Shown one piece after another: positions 31,444 to 40,175 of a stretch of 51,327 nucleotides of DNA. The DNA comes from a virus: positions 1 through 51,327 of the IMG/VR virus record IMGVR_UViG_3300043640_000192. One strand, 5' to 3'. The position numbers were made by a program, and so were the translations under genes. Numbering within the stretch: the stretch's first letter is position 1; each line of letters starts with the position of its first letter. The notes beneath the pieces are model-generated. The model was not told the DNA's origin, ran no database searches, and saw only the letters and a list, made by a program, of their open reading frames with translations.

Positions 31444-31570
31444 GTACTGGCGGCCCGCAGGCCCGTTTCCGGCGGTTCCCGGCAGCGTGATCCTGCCACC
31501 GCCGGGTATCTTGCGAGCCAGGGAACATGGAACCTTTCATGTCTCCTAGCCCGCAAGATATCATCGCAGC

Positions 31571-33145
31571 GTGACAACTGACCCGCAAGAGGCGGTGCTG
31601 GCCGGGATCTACACCCGGATGTCCGTCGCCGCCATCGGTGACACCACGAAGGTTGAGGACCAGGAGAGCATCAGCCGCGGCCTTGCGAAGCACCGCGACT
31701 GGGAAGTCGTGGAGGTGTACTGCGACAACAGCCGGTCGGCGTGGCAGCGCAACCGCAAGCGCCCGGGCTGGGACCGGATGCTCGCCGACGTCGAGGCCGG
31801 GAAGATCAACGCGATCATCGTCTACCACGGCGACCGCCTCGTCCGGCAGCCCCGTGATCTTGAGGACCTGCTCGACCTCGCGCACGGCAAGGGGATCAAG
31901 CTCGCCTCGCCGACCGGCACCCGGGACCTGGACGACGACGAGGCCCAGTTCATCCTCGGCATCGAGGCGAACATGGCCCGCCGCGAGTCGGCCAATACCT
32001 CCCGCCGCCGTAAGGCCCAGTACGCACGCTGGCGCCGCGAGGGCCGGGTGCGGCCGGGTGGCCGCGGCGGCCGGGCGTTCGGCTTCGCCACCGACGGTGT
32101 CAGCCACCTGCCGCCCGACCGCTGCGACGTCGCCACCCGCGAAGAGCTCACCGAGGCGGACGTGATCCGGGAGATGGCCCGCCGCATCCTGGACGGCGAG
32201 ACCACCGGGACGGTGTCGAGGGACATCTCAGCCCGCGGCTGGCGCACCCCTGCTGGCGGCAAATTCACGCACGGCACGCTCCGCAAGATGCTCGCCCGGG
32301 CGCGGTACGCCGGGCTGATGCCCGACGGCGTGAGCAAGGCCGCGTGGGAGCCCATCCTGGACAGGGAGACCTGGGAAGCGCTCGCCGTGGTGCTGGACTC
32401 GAAGGCGGCGGCGTTCCGCTATGCGACGAACGCGCGACGGTACCTGCTGTCCGGCATCGCCCGGTGCGGCGCGTGCGGCGCCCCCCTTCATATGCGCGCC
32501 GCCTACCACCGGCCTGGCCAGACCGGGTACGCGTGCATCGAGGACGGGTGCAAGAAGGTCTACCGCTCAGTGGCGCTGCTTGACATGTACGTGGCCGCTG
32601 CCGTGGTGGGCCGCCTGGCCAAGGAGGGCAACCCGGAGGGGCATCTTCCCTCGGTGCCCGGGCTGGCCGCCGAGTGGCGGGCCCTTGACGAGGAGCGCGC
32701 CGCGGTGGAGGCCAGGATTGCCGACTACCGGAAGGGCGGCCTGACCTCCCTGCTTGCCCGCCTTGACTCCCTCGACGCCCGGCTGGCCGAGCTCCGCGAG
32801 CTGGCCCGGGGGGACGCGGACGCCCGGCTGCGGGGCCGCCACGCCGGGATCACGCTCGCGGAGTTCCTCGCTGAGCCCCTCGGTACCCGCCGTGCGCTGG
32901 TCTCGGCGTGCCTTGAGGTGACCGTGCTGCCCGCCTCGCGGCGCGGGCCCGGGTTCCGTACGGAAGACGTGCGGCTGGTACCCCGTGTCAGCGGCCAGGG
33001 GGCCGCGGGCCAGGGCGGCGACGGCGTAAGCGGCGCCGATGCCGAGGATGACGGCGGCGATGACCTTGACGATGCCGAGGTGACGGGGGCCGAGGGGCCT
33101 GGGGGGCTTGCGGTGCCGGACGGGGATGCGGGGCTCCTCGCTTAA
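31571..33145 (+). CDS. int: Large serine recombinase (integrase)
   Basis: 'GIYTRMSV' holds the catalytic Ser. Resolvase domain, recombinase domain, zinc ribbon 'CGACGAPL...CIEDGC' and coiled coil are present. A start at GTG 31598 after SD 'aagagg' is also possible. Confidence 0.85.
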   Translation: MTTDPQEAVLAGIYTRMSVAAIGDTTKVEDQESISRGLAKHRDWEVVEVYCDNSRSAWQRNRKRPGWDRMLADVEAGKINAIIVYHGDRLVRQPRDLEDLLDLAHGKGIKLASPTGTRDLDDDEAQFILGIEANMARRESANTSRRRKAQYARWRREGRVRPGGRGGRAFGFATDGVSHLPPDRCDVATREELTEADVIREMARRILDGETTGTVSRDISARGWRTPAGGKFTHGTLRKMLARARYAGLMPDGVSKAAWEPILDRETWEALAVVLDSKAAAFRYATNARRYLLSGIARCGACGAPLHMRAAYHRPGQTGYACIEDGCKKVYRSVALLDMYVAAAVVGRLAKEGNPEGHLPSVPGLAAEWRALDEERAAVEARIADYRKGGLTSLLARLDSLDARLAELRELARGDADARLRGRHAGITLAEFLAEPLGTRRALVSACLEVTVLPASRRGPGFRTEDVRLVPRVSGQGAAGQGGDGVSGADAEDDGGDDLDDAEVTGAEGPGGLAVPDGDAGLLA

Positions 33146-33292
33146 AGCGTCGGCGCGGCCCGCCTCGTAGAACAGGTCCGCGACGTGGATGCGCAGCGCG
33201 ACCTCGTCGCGAAGCGCGATGATCTCATCCCGCAATGCCCTGATCTCAGCGTGTAGCGCGTCCGGGTCAGGGGTGTGCGCTGACTCACTCAT
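32567..33292 (-). CDS. Coiled-coil plus TM protein; its ORF runs antisense into the integrase 3' end
   Basis: SD 'gggaga' precedes the ATG at 33292. 'LHAEIRALRDEIIALRDEV' is followed by the TM segment 'IVKVIAAVILGIGAAYAVAAL'. No stop occurs until 32567. Confidence 0.4.
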   Translation of the reverse strand: MSESAHTPDPDALHAEIRALRDEIIALRDEVALRIHVADLFYEAGRADALSEEPRIPVRHRKPPRPLGPRHLGIVKVIAAVILGIGAAYAVAALARGPLAADTGYQPHVFRTEPGPAPRGGQHGHLKARRDQRTAGTEGLSEELRERDPGVAAPQPGVRVPPGQLAELGQPGVEGVKAGKQGGQAALPVVGNPGLHRGALLVKGPPLGGQPGHRGKMPLRVALLGQAAHHGSGHVHVKQRH

Positions 33293-33378
33293 GGGTTGTC
33301 TCCCGCGGTTGCCCGCGGATGCCGGGGATGGGGGCACGGCGCGGGTGGTGGTGCTGCCCAAGGGCCAGGGGCAGCCTG

Positions 33379-33720
33379 TTATAAGGCAGGCGGCTCGTGG
33401 GCCCTCGGCAGGTGCTCCAGGCGCCGGGCCCTCAGCTGGGCTATGAGGACGAGTTTCTCGCTGCGGGGAAGGCGGGGATCTTCCGCGAGCGCGCTCTCCA
33501 CCGGGTCGTCCCGGTCATACCAGTCGTCCCGGTCATCGGTAAGGCTGACGCCGAGGACCGCCTCGATGGCTCCCTCGGTGCGCTGGGGCAGCTGCCGGCC
33601 GCGTTCCCACATGGAAACTGTTGCGCGATTGACGCCGAGCTTGTCCGCCAGTTGCTGCTGGGTGAGCTTCAGGGCCTGCCTGCGCAGGCGGATCCGCTTG
33701 CCCATGGGCGCGTCAGCCAT
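33379..33720 (-). CDS. CI-like immunity repressor (XRE-family HTH)
   Basis: 'IRLRRQALKLTQQQLADKLGVNRATVSMWERGRQLP'. Divergent from a Cro-like gene. Confidence 0.75.
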   Translation of the reverse strand: MADAPMGKRIRLRRQALKLTQQQLADKLGVNRATVSMWERGRQLPQRTEGAIEAVLGVSLTDDRDDWYDRDDPVESALAEDPRLPRSEKLVLIAQLRARRLEHLPRAHEPPAL

Positions 33721-33888
33721 GACCGCAATCATGAACGCATAACGCAACACAAGTCAACCTTGTGCAACCAGGAAGCCTGATCGTACACAAGGTGTCACCA
33801 CCCCGCAACCGTTCAGCGTTTAAGCAGGTCATGAGGTTTTGTGAAATGGGACTTGCGGTGTTGCGTTGGGTTGAGTAGGTTCTACGGC
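33721..33888. promoter_or_regulatory. Divergent genetic-switch region with repeated GCAAC/CACAAG half-sites
   Basis: Lower GC. 'aacgcaacac' (33741-50) is the inverted complement of 'gtgttgcgtt' (33858-67). Also contains 'cacaag-tcaac-cttgtg'. Confidence 0.6.
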
Positions 33889-34122
33889 ATGGCATCTCGT
33901 CGAACCAATGGTGTTGCGATCCGCGAGCTACGCAGCGCCCTTGGCATCTCCCAGGGAGACCTCGCGGCTGCGGTGGGGGTGGACCGGACCGCCATCTGGC
34001 GCATCGAGAGAGACGGCACCCAGCCCAGGCCAGACACCCTGCGGAAGATCGCTGACCGTCTTGGGGTGCCGCTCGACGCGATCAGCATCACGGTCCCTGA
34101 GCCCGAGGACGTGGCGTCGTGA
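33889..34122 (+). CDS. Cro-like XRE-family HTH regulator
   Basis: 'IRELRSALGISQGDLAAAVGVDRTAIWRIERDGTQP'. Confidence 0.7.
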   Translation: MASRRTNGVAIRELRSALGISQGDLAAAVGVDRTAIWRIERDGTQPRPDTLRKIADRLGVPLDAISITVPEPEDVAS

Positions 34123-34289
34123 GCCGGGTTACGCGGCGTGCCGGCACCAAGTCGCTGGTGTGCGCCGAATGCCAGCGGCACGTGAAGGTCAAGCAGGGCC
34201 TGTCACCCCGGACGGTCATGACGTTCCGCGGCAAGGGCCGCGCCCGGCTGGACCGGCACCTGCGAGAGGTGCACGGGAGGCCATCGTGA
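34119..34289 (+). CDS. Small basic protein (56 aa)
   Basis: GTGA overlap with the cro-like gene. Hand translation: 'VSRVTRRAGTKSLVCAECQRHVKVKQG...'. Confidence 0.4.
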   Translation: MSRVTRRAGTKSLVCAECQRHVKVKQGLSPRTVMTFRGKGRARLDRHLREVHGRPS

Positions 34290-34420
34290 TCTGCCGCAGC
34301 GAGGCCGAGGTCATCGCCGCGGGGCTCGCTGCCGGTGACGCCATGCCCCCGCTCACGCAGGACCAGGCCGACCTCGTCGCCGTGATTTTGGCACCAAGCC
34401 AGGCGGCCGAGGCCGCGTAA
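34286..34420 (+). CDS. Small protein (44 aa)
   Basis: GTGA overlap with the upstream gene. Matches the C-terminal part of track ORF 33908..34420. Confidence 0.35.
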   Translation: MICRSEAEVIAAGLAAGDAMPPLTQDQADLVAVILAPSQAAEAA

Positions 34421-34514
34421 CGCAGCGACGCCGCCACGGCCTGCAGACCCGGCGGCGCCGCGCTGGCCCAGGGCACTCCGTCCAGGGCCTGACCAACAGC
34501 ATAGGAGCACTCCA

Positions 34515-34709
34515 GTGAGTATCAGCGTCAACATCCACCCCGAGGGCTTCCAGGCCCAGTCCAACCACGGCACCTTCTGGCTCGTCGTCCAGGCCGGAGA
34601 TGGCGGCGACGCCGCCATCTTCCTCAGCCCAAAGCGGTGCGACGAGCTGATCGAGGCCGCCACCGCCCTGAAGCAGCTGCAGGCCGCCGCAGAGGGTGAG
34701 GGCAAGTGA
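34515..34709 (+). CDS. Hypothetical protein
   Basis: Track ORF, early operon. Confidence 0.5.
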   Translation: MSISVNIHPEGFQAQSNHGTFWLVVQAGDGGDAAIFLSPKRCDELIEAATALKQLQAAAEGEGK

Positions 34710-34924
34710 ACCGCGACGAGCACCTCGCGTGGGCCAAGGACCGCGCGCTGGAGTACGCCGACCAGGGCGACGTGGCGCTGGCCACCGCCTCGCTGATCTC
34801 CGACCTCGGCAAGCACAAGGAGACCTCCGGCCACGCGGGCATCCAGCTCATGATGATGGAGGCCACCGCCGGGATGCTGAACACGCCCCAGCGGCTGCGC
34901 GAGTGCATCGAGGGCTTCCGGTGA
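34706..34924 (+). CDS. Hypothetical protein
   Basis: Track ORF with a 4-nt overlap with the upstream gene. Confidence 0.5.
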   Translation: MNRDEHLAWAKDRALEYADQGDVALATASLISDLGKHKETSGHAGIQLMMMEATAGMLNTPQRLRECIEGFR

Positions 34925-35673
34925 ACGGCCAGCCGGACATCCCCGCGGCCCTCGCCTACATCGACCAGGGGATGAAGGCCTGGGCGGCGGCGAAGTCGGC
35001 GCTGCTCGGCCAGGGCGGTGCCGCGCTGCTCATCAGCACCGACCTCGCCGTGGCTGAGGCGTCCGCGGGCAACCCGTACGGGTCGGCCGAGGCCCCCGGC
35101 GGCGGCGGTGACCCGTACTGCACCACCTGCGACGGCGACGTCCGTGTCAGGCGTGACCTGGACGGCGGCCTGGTCCACGCGGCCACATGGGAGAAGACCG
35201 GCAGCGCGCCGCACCCGGTGACGCTGAGCTGGCGCGAGAAGGACACGCACGGCCGGTACGACGCCGGGAGCGCGGCCGAGGTGGCCGAGGGCGCAGACCC
35301 CACAGACATAGAGCTCTGCGGTGCCCGGGAACGGGCCGGATGGATGTGCGTCCGTGCCGATGGCCATGAGGGCCCGCACGAGGCGGATGGCCCGACCATG
35401 GCGAACCCGCTGATCACCTGGGAGGACCCCCGCCCCCTCTCGCCGCCCCTCTGCCCCGCGCGGTGGGGTGAGCCGCCGGAGACGATGCTGTGCTCCCTGG
35501 CGTCCGGCCACGACGGCTGCCACGCGACCGCCGAGGGCATCGAGTGGGGCGGCCGGTGGGAAACCGCCGAGCCTGCCACGCAGGCGGAGCGCGACCTGGC
35601 CGCGCACCAGGCCATCACGTACCCGTACACCAAGCGCGAGCCGGAGCGCGGCGCGAAGGACGGTGCCCGGTGA
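34921..35673 (+). CDS. Hypothetical protein (250 aa, Cys/His-containing)
   Basis: GTGA overlap with the upstream gene. In frame with track ORF 34696..35673. Confidence 0.5.
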   Translation: MNGQPDIPAALAYIDQGMKAWAAAKSALLGQGGAALLISTDLAVAEASAGNPYGSAEAPGGGGDPYCTTCDGDVRVRRDLDGGLVHAATWEKTGSAPHPVTLSWREKDTHGRYDAGSAAEVAEGADPTDIELCGARERAGWMCVRADGHEGPHEADGPTMANPLITWEDPRPLSPPLCPARWGEPPETMLCSLASGHDGCHATAEGIEWGGRWETAEPATQAERDLAAHQAITYPYTKREPERGAKDGAR

Positions 35674-35912
35674 CCGCCCGCAGGCCCTTCCCGGAGCTGA
35701 TGACCCCGGCCCAGGTCAGCGCCGCGCTCTACCTCCACCCCAAGACCGTGACCCGGTATGCGCTGGAAGGCAGGCTCCGCTCCGTCCAGCTGCCCGGCGG
35801 GATCACGCCCGGCCACCGCCGCTACTTCCGCGCCGAGATCGACGCGCTCATCGCCGGGAAGCCGCTGACGGGTGAGCAGCTCGACGCGCTGGTGAGAGGG
35901 GAGGCGTGGTGA
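35670..35912 (+). CDS. Excisionase/MerR-like HTH DNA-binding protein
   Basis: 'LMTPAQVSAALYLHPKTVTRYALEGRLRSVQLPG...RRYFRAEIDALI'. Confidence 0.6.
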   Translation: MTARRPFPELMTPAQVSAALYLHPKTVTRYALEGRLRSVQLPGGITPGHRRYFRAEIDALIAGKPLTGEQLDALVRGEAW

Positions 35913-36163
35913 GCACCCCCGACGGCCACATGACCGCCCCCGTCACCTTCCGGGTCACCACCTACTGGAAGCGCAAGCGCAACGAGCCGGGCCTGACCCA
36001 GATGGCCAGCAAGCGCCTCACCATCAGCCAGGCCATCGACTGGATCCTCGCTGAACTGCCGGACGAGGCATGGGACGTCAAGAACGACGACGAGGACGGC
36101 GTGACACTCACCATCGACTGGGCCAAGGTCCCGAACGAGATCCGGCTCGGGGGCCTGCTGTGA
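35906..36163 (+). CDS. Hypothetical protein
   Basis: Track ORF. Confidence 0.5.
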   Translation: MVSTPDGHMTAPVTFRVTTYWKRKRNEPGLTQMASKRLTISQAIDWILAELPDEAWDVKNDDEDGVTLTIDWAKVPNEIRLGGLL

Positions 36164-36555
36164 CCGCCCCCGACGGCCACCTGAGCCCGCTGGACCCCCG
36201 GTTCCCGATCAGCCTGACCCACGGCATCCCCTTGTTCGGCGGCCTGCTGGAGGAGTGGGTGAACCGGGAAACCGTCATCGACCAGGCCAAGCGCGCTGCC
36301 GAGCAGGCCGCCCGCCGCGAGGAACGGTTCGTCACGCCCGCGCCGGAACCCCGGTACGTGCCCGCGCTGGCCCATGAGGACACGGTCATCGACATGCGGA
36401 TCACTGACGGGGACTGGTTCCCCGGCGAGGGCGAGCCCAGGCCGGAGGACACGGACACCTTCCTCGTCGTGAGCGCCCAGGCCGAGGCGTACGAGGCCCG
36501 GGCCGCCCAGCGGCGGACGTGGCGCCGGGCCTGGCGCTGGCTCAGGGCGACGTGA
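36160..36555 (+). CDS. Hypothetical protein
   Basis: GTGA overlap with the upstream gene. Its 5' end shares the 14-mer 'cccccgacggccac' with gene 35906. Confidence 0.5.
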   Translation: MTAPDGHLSPLDPRFPISLTHGIPLFGGLLEEWVNRETVIDQAKRAAEQAARREERFVTPAPEPRYVPALAHEDTVIDMRITDGDWFPGEGEPRPEDTDTFLVVSAQAEAYEARAAQRRTWRRAWRWLRAT

Positions 36556-36770
36556 TGGACATCCTCTGCGCCAACGAAGGCCACCTCGACGAGATGGATG
36601 AGCTGCCCCCGGCGGTCGCGAAGCTGACGTGGCCGGATGGCCGCTTCAAGCCGACCACGGCATGCGATGAGTGCGTGACCACCCTGGTCATCGTTTACGT
36701 CCTGGACGACACCAACGACGGCCAGAGGCACCCGCTGCTGATCGAGCCCGTTGAAATCGGGGGGACGTGA
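36555..36770 (+). CDS. Hypothetical protein
   Basis: ATGA overlap with the upstream gene. Confidence 0.45.
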   Translation: MDILCANEGHLDEMDELPPAVAKLTWPDGRFKPTTACDECVTTLVIVYVLDDTNDGQRHPLLIEPVEIGGT

Positions 36771-36994
36771 TGGCTGAGCCCCGCACCGCCCGCATCCGCA
36801 CTGAGCGCCCGCTGGCCACCCGGCCGCTCACTGACGCCGAGCAGATGCGCCGCTACCGCAGGGGCGTCACCAGCCGCAGCAACAGCGGGCGCCCCGTCTG
36901 GGCCGAGGCGCTCCCCAACGGGCTGCCCGAGTTCAGGCCGTACGTCTACCGGGGCACCGGGGCGGACGCGTACACCGGGGAGGTCGTGCTGTGA
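36767..36994 (+). CDS. Hypothetical protein
   Basis: Track ORF, overlapping its neighbours. Confidence 0.45.
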   Translation: MMAEPRTARIRTERPLATRPLTDAEQMRRYRRGVTSRSNSGRPVWAEALPNGLPEFRPYVYRGTGADAYTGEVVL

Positions 36995-37200
36995 AGCGCC
37001 CCGTCCAGCCGTGCGGCACCCCGGCCGCCTACGAACGGCACCTCTACCACCACGAGATCCCCGACGCTAAGTGCCTGGCCGCGAACGCCGCCCGCAAGAA
37101 CGCCGAGAGGCGTGGCCGCAGCCCCGGGATGAAGGCCCTGTTCACCGAGCTGCTGGACCTGATCAGCGCCGAGTGCCGGCGGGCGGGGATGCTGCCGTGA
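36991..37200 (+). CDS. Hypothetical protein ('CGTPAAYERH' motif)
   Basis: Track ORF with a GTGA overlap with the upstream gene. Confidence 0.45.
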   Translation: MKRPVQPCGTPAAYERHLYHHEIPDAKCLAANAARKNAERRGRSPGMKALFTELLDLISAECRRAGMLP

Positions 37201-37475
37201 TCTGGCTCGCGGTCATCATCGCCGCCTCCGGCCTGGTGGGCCTGTTCGTCTGGTGGGCCACCCGCCCGCTGCACCTGGCCGTCATGGACGCGCCCGTGCC
37301 GTACTGGCCAGCGAGTAACCCGTGCACCTGGTGCAAGCCGTCCCCGGACGGGATCTGCACCTGCACCAGCGTGTGCGGCCACGTCAACTGCGTCGGGGAC
37401 CACACGTCGATGGCCACTCTCACTGAGCAGGACGTGCAGTGGCTGCGCGAGCAGAGCATCAGGGGGCCCGAGTGA
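37197..37475 (+). CDS. N-terminal TM, Cys-rich protein
   Basis: GTGA overlap with the upstream gene. 'VIWLAVIIAASGLVGLFVWW' followed by CxxC/CxC motifs. Confidence 0.45.
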   Translation: MIWLAVIIAASGLVGLFVWWATRPLHLAVMDAPVPYWPASNPCTWCKPSPDGICTCTSVCGHVNCVGDHTSMATLTEQDVQWLREQSIRGPE

Positions 37476-38401
37476 GCGCCATCCTGATCCCCACGGCTGG
37501 TGAGGCGGAGTGGCTGGAGGCCAGGCGGCAGGGGATCACCGCGTCGGAGATCGCGATCGTGATGGGCCTGTCCCCGTACAGCAGCCCGTTCGCGCTCTAC
37601 CACGCCAAGCGCGGGGACCTGCCGCAGCAGGCCGACAACGTCGAGATGGAGCTGGGCCGGTACCTCGAACAGTTCGTCTGCCGGAAGTTCGCTGACCGGC
37701 GGCCGGAGTTCGGAGTCGGTGGCGACGGCCGCCAGCTGTACGCCCACCCTGACCGCCCCTGGCAGCTCGCCACGCCCGACCGGCTGATCCGCGAGGTCGG
37801 CCGCGGGCTTGACCCGCTGGCCGTGCTCGAAGCCAAGACGGACGCTGGCTACGACGGGTGGGGCGAGGACGGCAGCGACGAGATCCCGGTTCATTATCGC
37901 TGCCAGGTGCTCTGGCAGATGGACGTCATGGGCGTCAGCGCGGGCTTCGTCGCCTGCCTGTTCCTGCACTCCCGCACGCTGCGCGTCTACGAGCTGGCCA
38001 TGGACGACGCGGCCCGGGCCGACCTGAAGCTGATGCGGGACGAGGCACGCGACTTCCTGCGCCGGATCGAGACGGGCCACGAGCCGGACGTGGACTGGCG
38101 GCCGGCCACCACGGCGGCACTGAAGCGCCTGCACCCGTCGCTGGAGGACCGGCAGGTGATCGTCCCGAAGGGGATGGCCCGCGCCTACCGGGCCGCGTGC
38201 GGCCGGTACAAGTCCGCTGAGCAGCGCAAGAAGCGGCTGGAGAACCAGATCCGCCAGCGTCTCGGATCCGCGAACGCAGCGCTGACGCGGGACGGCGCGA
38301 AGGTCGCTGCCCGCCAGGTCTACGAGGTGAAAGAGCACACCCGCAAGGCCAGCACCGTCGACAAGCTCGTCCCATCGAAGATCAGGGAAGAAGCGAAATG
38401 A
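37472..38401 (+). CDS. YqaJ-like (lambda Exo-type) recombination exonuclease
   Basis: 'EWLEARRQGITASEIAIVMGLSPYSSPFALYHAKRG...MELGRYLE...EAKT' is the YqaJ pattern. Confidence 0.8.
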   Translation: MSAILIPTAGEAEWLEARRQGITASEIAIVMGLSPYSSPFALYHAKRGDLPQQADNVEMELGRYLEQFVCRKFADRRPEFGVGGDGRQLYAHPDRPWQLATPDRLIREVGRGLDPLAVLEAKTDAGYDGWGEDGSDEIPVHYRCQVLWQMDVMGVSAGFVACLFLHSRTLRVYELAMDDAARADLKLMRDEARDFLRRIETGHEPDVDWRPATTAALKRLHPSLEDRQVIVPKGMARAYRAACGRYKSAEQRKKRLENQIRQRLGSANAALTRDGAKVAARQVYEVKEHTRKASTVDKLVPSKIREEAK

Positions 38402-39546
38402 CCGCCACCACCGTTACCGGCGCTGTCGCGAAGCGGGAGACCGGGATCGTCAACGTCATGTGGGACCGCAAAACCCACTTCGCCGCGATCCTGCCCGACC
38501 ACATCGAGGTCAAGGGATTCCTCGGCACCGCCGCCGCCGCCCTGTACGGCAACGCCGACCTGATGAAGGCCGCCGAGACGTCCCCGGACACGCTGATCAC
38601 CGCCCTCATGCGGTGCGCCGCGCTCGGCCACCAGCCCGGCACGGACGAGTTCTACCTGACCCCGCGCAAGAAGAAGGGCGTGCCGCAGGTCCTCGGCATC
38701 GAGGGCTACCGGGGGATCGTCGAGCGGATGTACCGCTCCGGCGCCGTCGCCTCGGTCGTGGTCCGCGAGGTGTGCGCGAAGGACCGCTTCCGCTACGTCG
38801 AGGGCGCCGATGAGAAGCCCATGCACGCCATCGGGGGCGGCGACGTGCACAACTCCAACTCCACGGGCGCGGACTTCTTCGGCCAGCACGGCACCCGGGA
38901 CCGCGGCGAGATGGTCGGCGTGTACGCCTATGCCCAGCTCACCACGGGCGCGGTGTCCCGCGTCGTCATCCTGAACCGCGACGACGTGCTGGCCGCCCGC
39001 GACGCTGGCGGCTACCGGGCCGACGACTCCTACAGCCCGTGGAACCGCTACGACGCCGGGAAGGACCACCCGGAGTTCGTGGGCCGGTCGATGTGGTGGA
39101 AGACCGCGGCCCGCCGCCTGGAGCCCTGGGTGCCGACCTCCGCCGAGTTCCGCCGCGAGCAGCTCCGCGCCGCTGTCCAGGCCGCCGGGCCCGCTGCCGC
39201 CCCGCCAGAGATCCACGACGCGGTCATCGTGGACGACCCATCAGACACCCCGCCCGCGGCTGCGCCCACCCCCCCGGCGCCCGCGGGCGGGGGCTCACCC
39301 GACCGGGCCACCACCGGCCAGCTCCGCGCCGTCGACGCACTGTGGCGCGGCCTCGGCTACGACGACAGCGACCCGGCACAGCAGGAAGAACGGCTCACCT
39401 GGACGGCGCAGCTCGCCGGGCTGGACGAGCTGGCCACCACGTCCGACCTGACGCAGGACCAGGCGGCCAGGGTGCGGGAGGCGCTGAAGCCGTGCAAGAC
39501 ACGCGCCGACGTGGTCGAGCTGATCCACGGCGGCGGCAATGGCTGA
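38398..39546 (+). CDS. recT: RecT-family single-strand annealing protein
   Basis: 'LMRCAALGHQPGTDEFYLTPRKKKGVPQVLGIEGYRGIVERMYRSG' is RecT-like. The gene is paired with the exonuclease. Confidence 0.8.
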   Translation: MTATTVTGAVAKRETGIVNVMWDRKTHFAAILPDHIEVKGFLGTAAAALYGNADLMKAAETSPDTLITALMRCAALGHQPGTDEFYLTPRKKKGVPQVLGIEGYRGIVERMYRSGAVASVVVREVCAKDRFRYVEGADEKPMHAIGGGDVHNSNSTGADFFGQHGTRDRGEMVGVYAYAQLTTGAVSRVVILNRDDVLAARDAGGYRADDSYSPWNRYDAGKDHPEFVGRSMWWKTAARRLEPWVPTSAEFRREQLRAAVQAAGPAAAPPEIHDAVIVDDPSDTPPAAAPTPPAPAGGGSPDRATTGQLRAVDALWRGLGYDDSDPAQQEERLTWTAQLAGLDELATTSDLTQDQAARVREALKPCKTRADVVELIHGGGNG

Positions 39547-39757
39547 CCCCTACGTCCGCGAGATCGGCCGCGTCGTGCTCGACATGGACGCCCCGGTGCG
39601 CGTCGGCGTGGACTACGACGCGATCTCGCTGCGCATCGGCGACCGGCTCTGCACGCTCGCCCAGGCCCAGGCCGAGGAGTTCGCCCAGCTGTTCGTCAGC
39701 GCCGTGTGGCAGGCCGGGCAGCAGAAGGCGCGGCTGGACGGCGAGTCCAGTGGCTGA
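39539..39757 (+). CDS. Hypothetical protein
   Basis: Track ORF. Confidence 0.5.
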   Translation: MADPYVREIGRVVLDMDAPVRVGVDYDAISLRIGDRLCTLAQAQAEEFAQLFVSAVWQAGQQKARLDGESSG

Positions 39758-40025
39758 CGAGCACTTTCCCGGCTGCCACCCGGAGGACGCCGAGGACCCG
39801 CGCGAGTCACCCGGGACACCAGCGGAGACCGAGGACTGCTGGCACTGCGGCACCCCGACGCCGCACGGCTGCGACTGTGCGGACTGCTGGAAAGACGCTG
39901 ACGTCATCTCGCCAACCGCCATCTACCACTGCCCGACCTGCGGGCGCTGGTGGGCGTACATGACCGGGCTGAACATCACCACGATCACCTTCGGGGCAGA
40001 ACCGGAGGCCAGCGATGGCAGCTGA
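39750..40025 (+). CDS. Cys-rich zinc-finger protein
   Basis: GTG start in frame with track ORF 39039..40025. Contains 'CWHCGTPTPHGCDCADC...CPTCG'. Confidence 0.45.
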   Translation: MADEHFPGCHPEDAEDPRESPGTPAETEDCWHCGTPTPHGCDCADCWKDADVISPTAIYHCPTCGRWWAYMTGLNITTITFGAEPEASDGS

Positions 40026-40170
40026 CCGCACCCTCGGCCAGGTGGCGTACGAGAAGTACGCGCGGCTGTTCGCCGCGAACCCCGGGCTGCCGTGGGGGCA
40101 GCTGAGGCCGCCGGTCCGGGCCCGGTGGGAAGCCATCGCCACGGCCGTCGTCGAAGCGTGCGGCGGGTGA
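40015..40170 (+). CDS. Small protein (51 aa)
   Basis: Hand translation: 'MAADRTLGQVAYEKYARLFAANPGLPWGQLRPPVRARWEAIATAVVEACGG'. Confidence 0.4.
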   Translation: MAADRTLGQVAYEKYARLFAANPGLPWGQLRPPVRARWEAIATAVVEACGG

Positions 40171-40175
40171 GCGTC

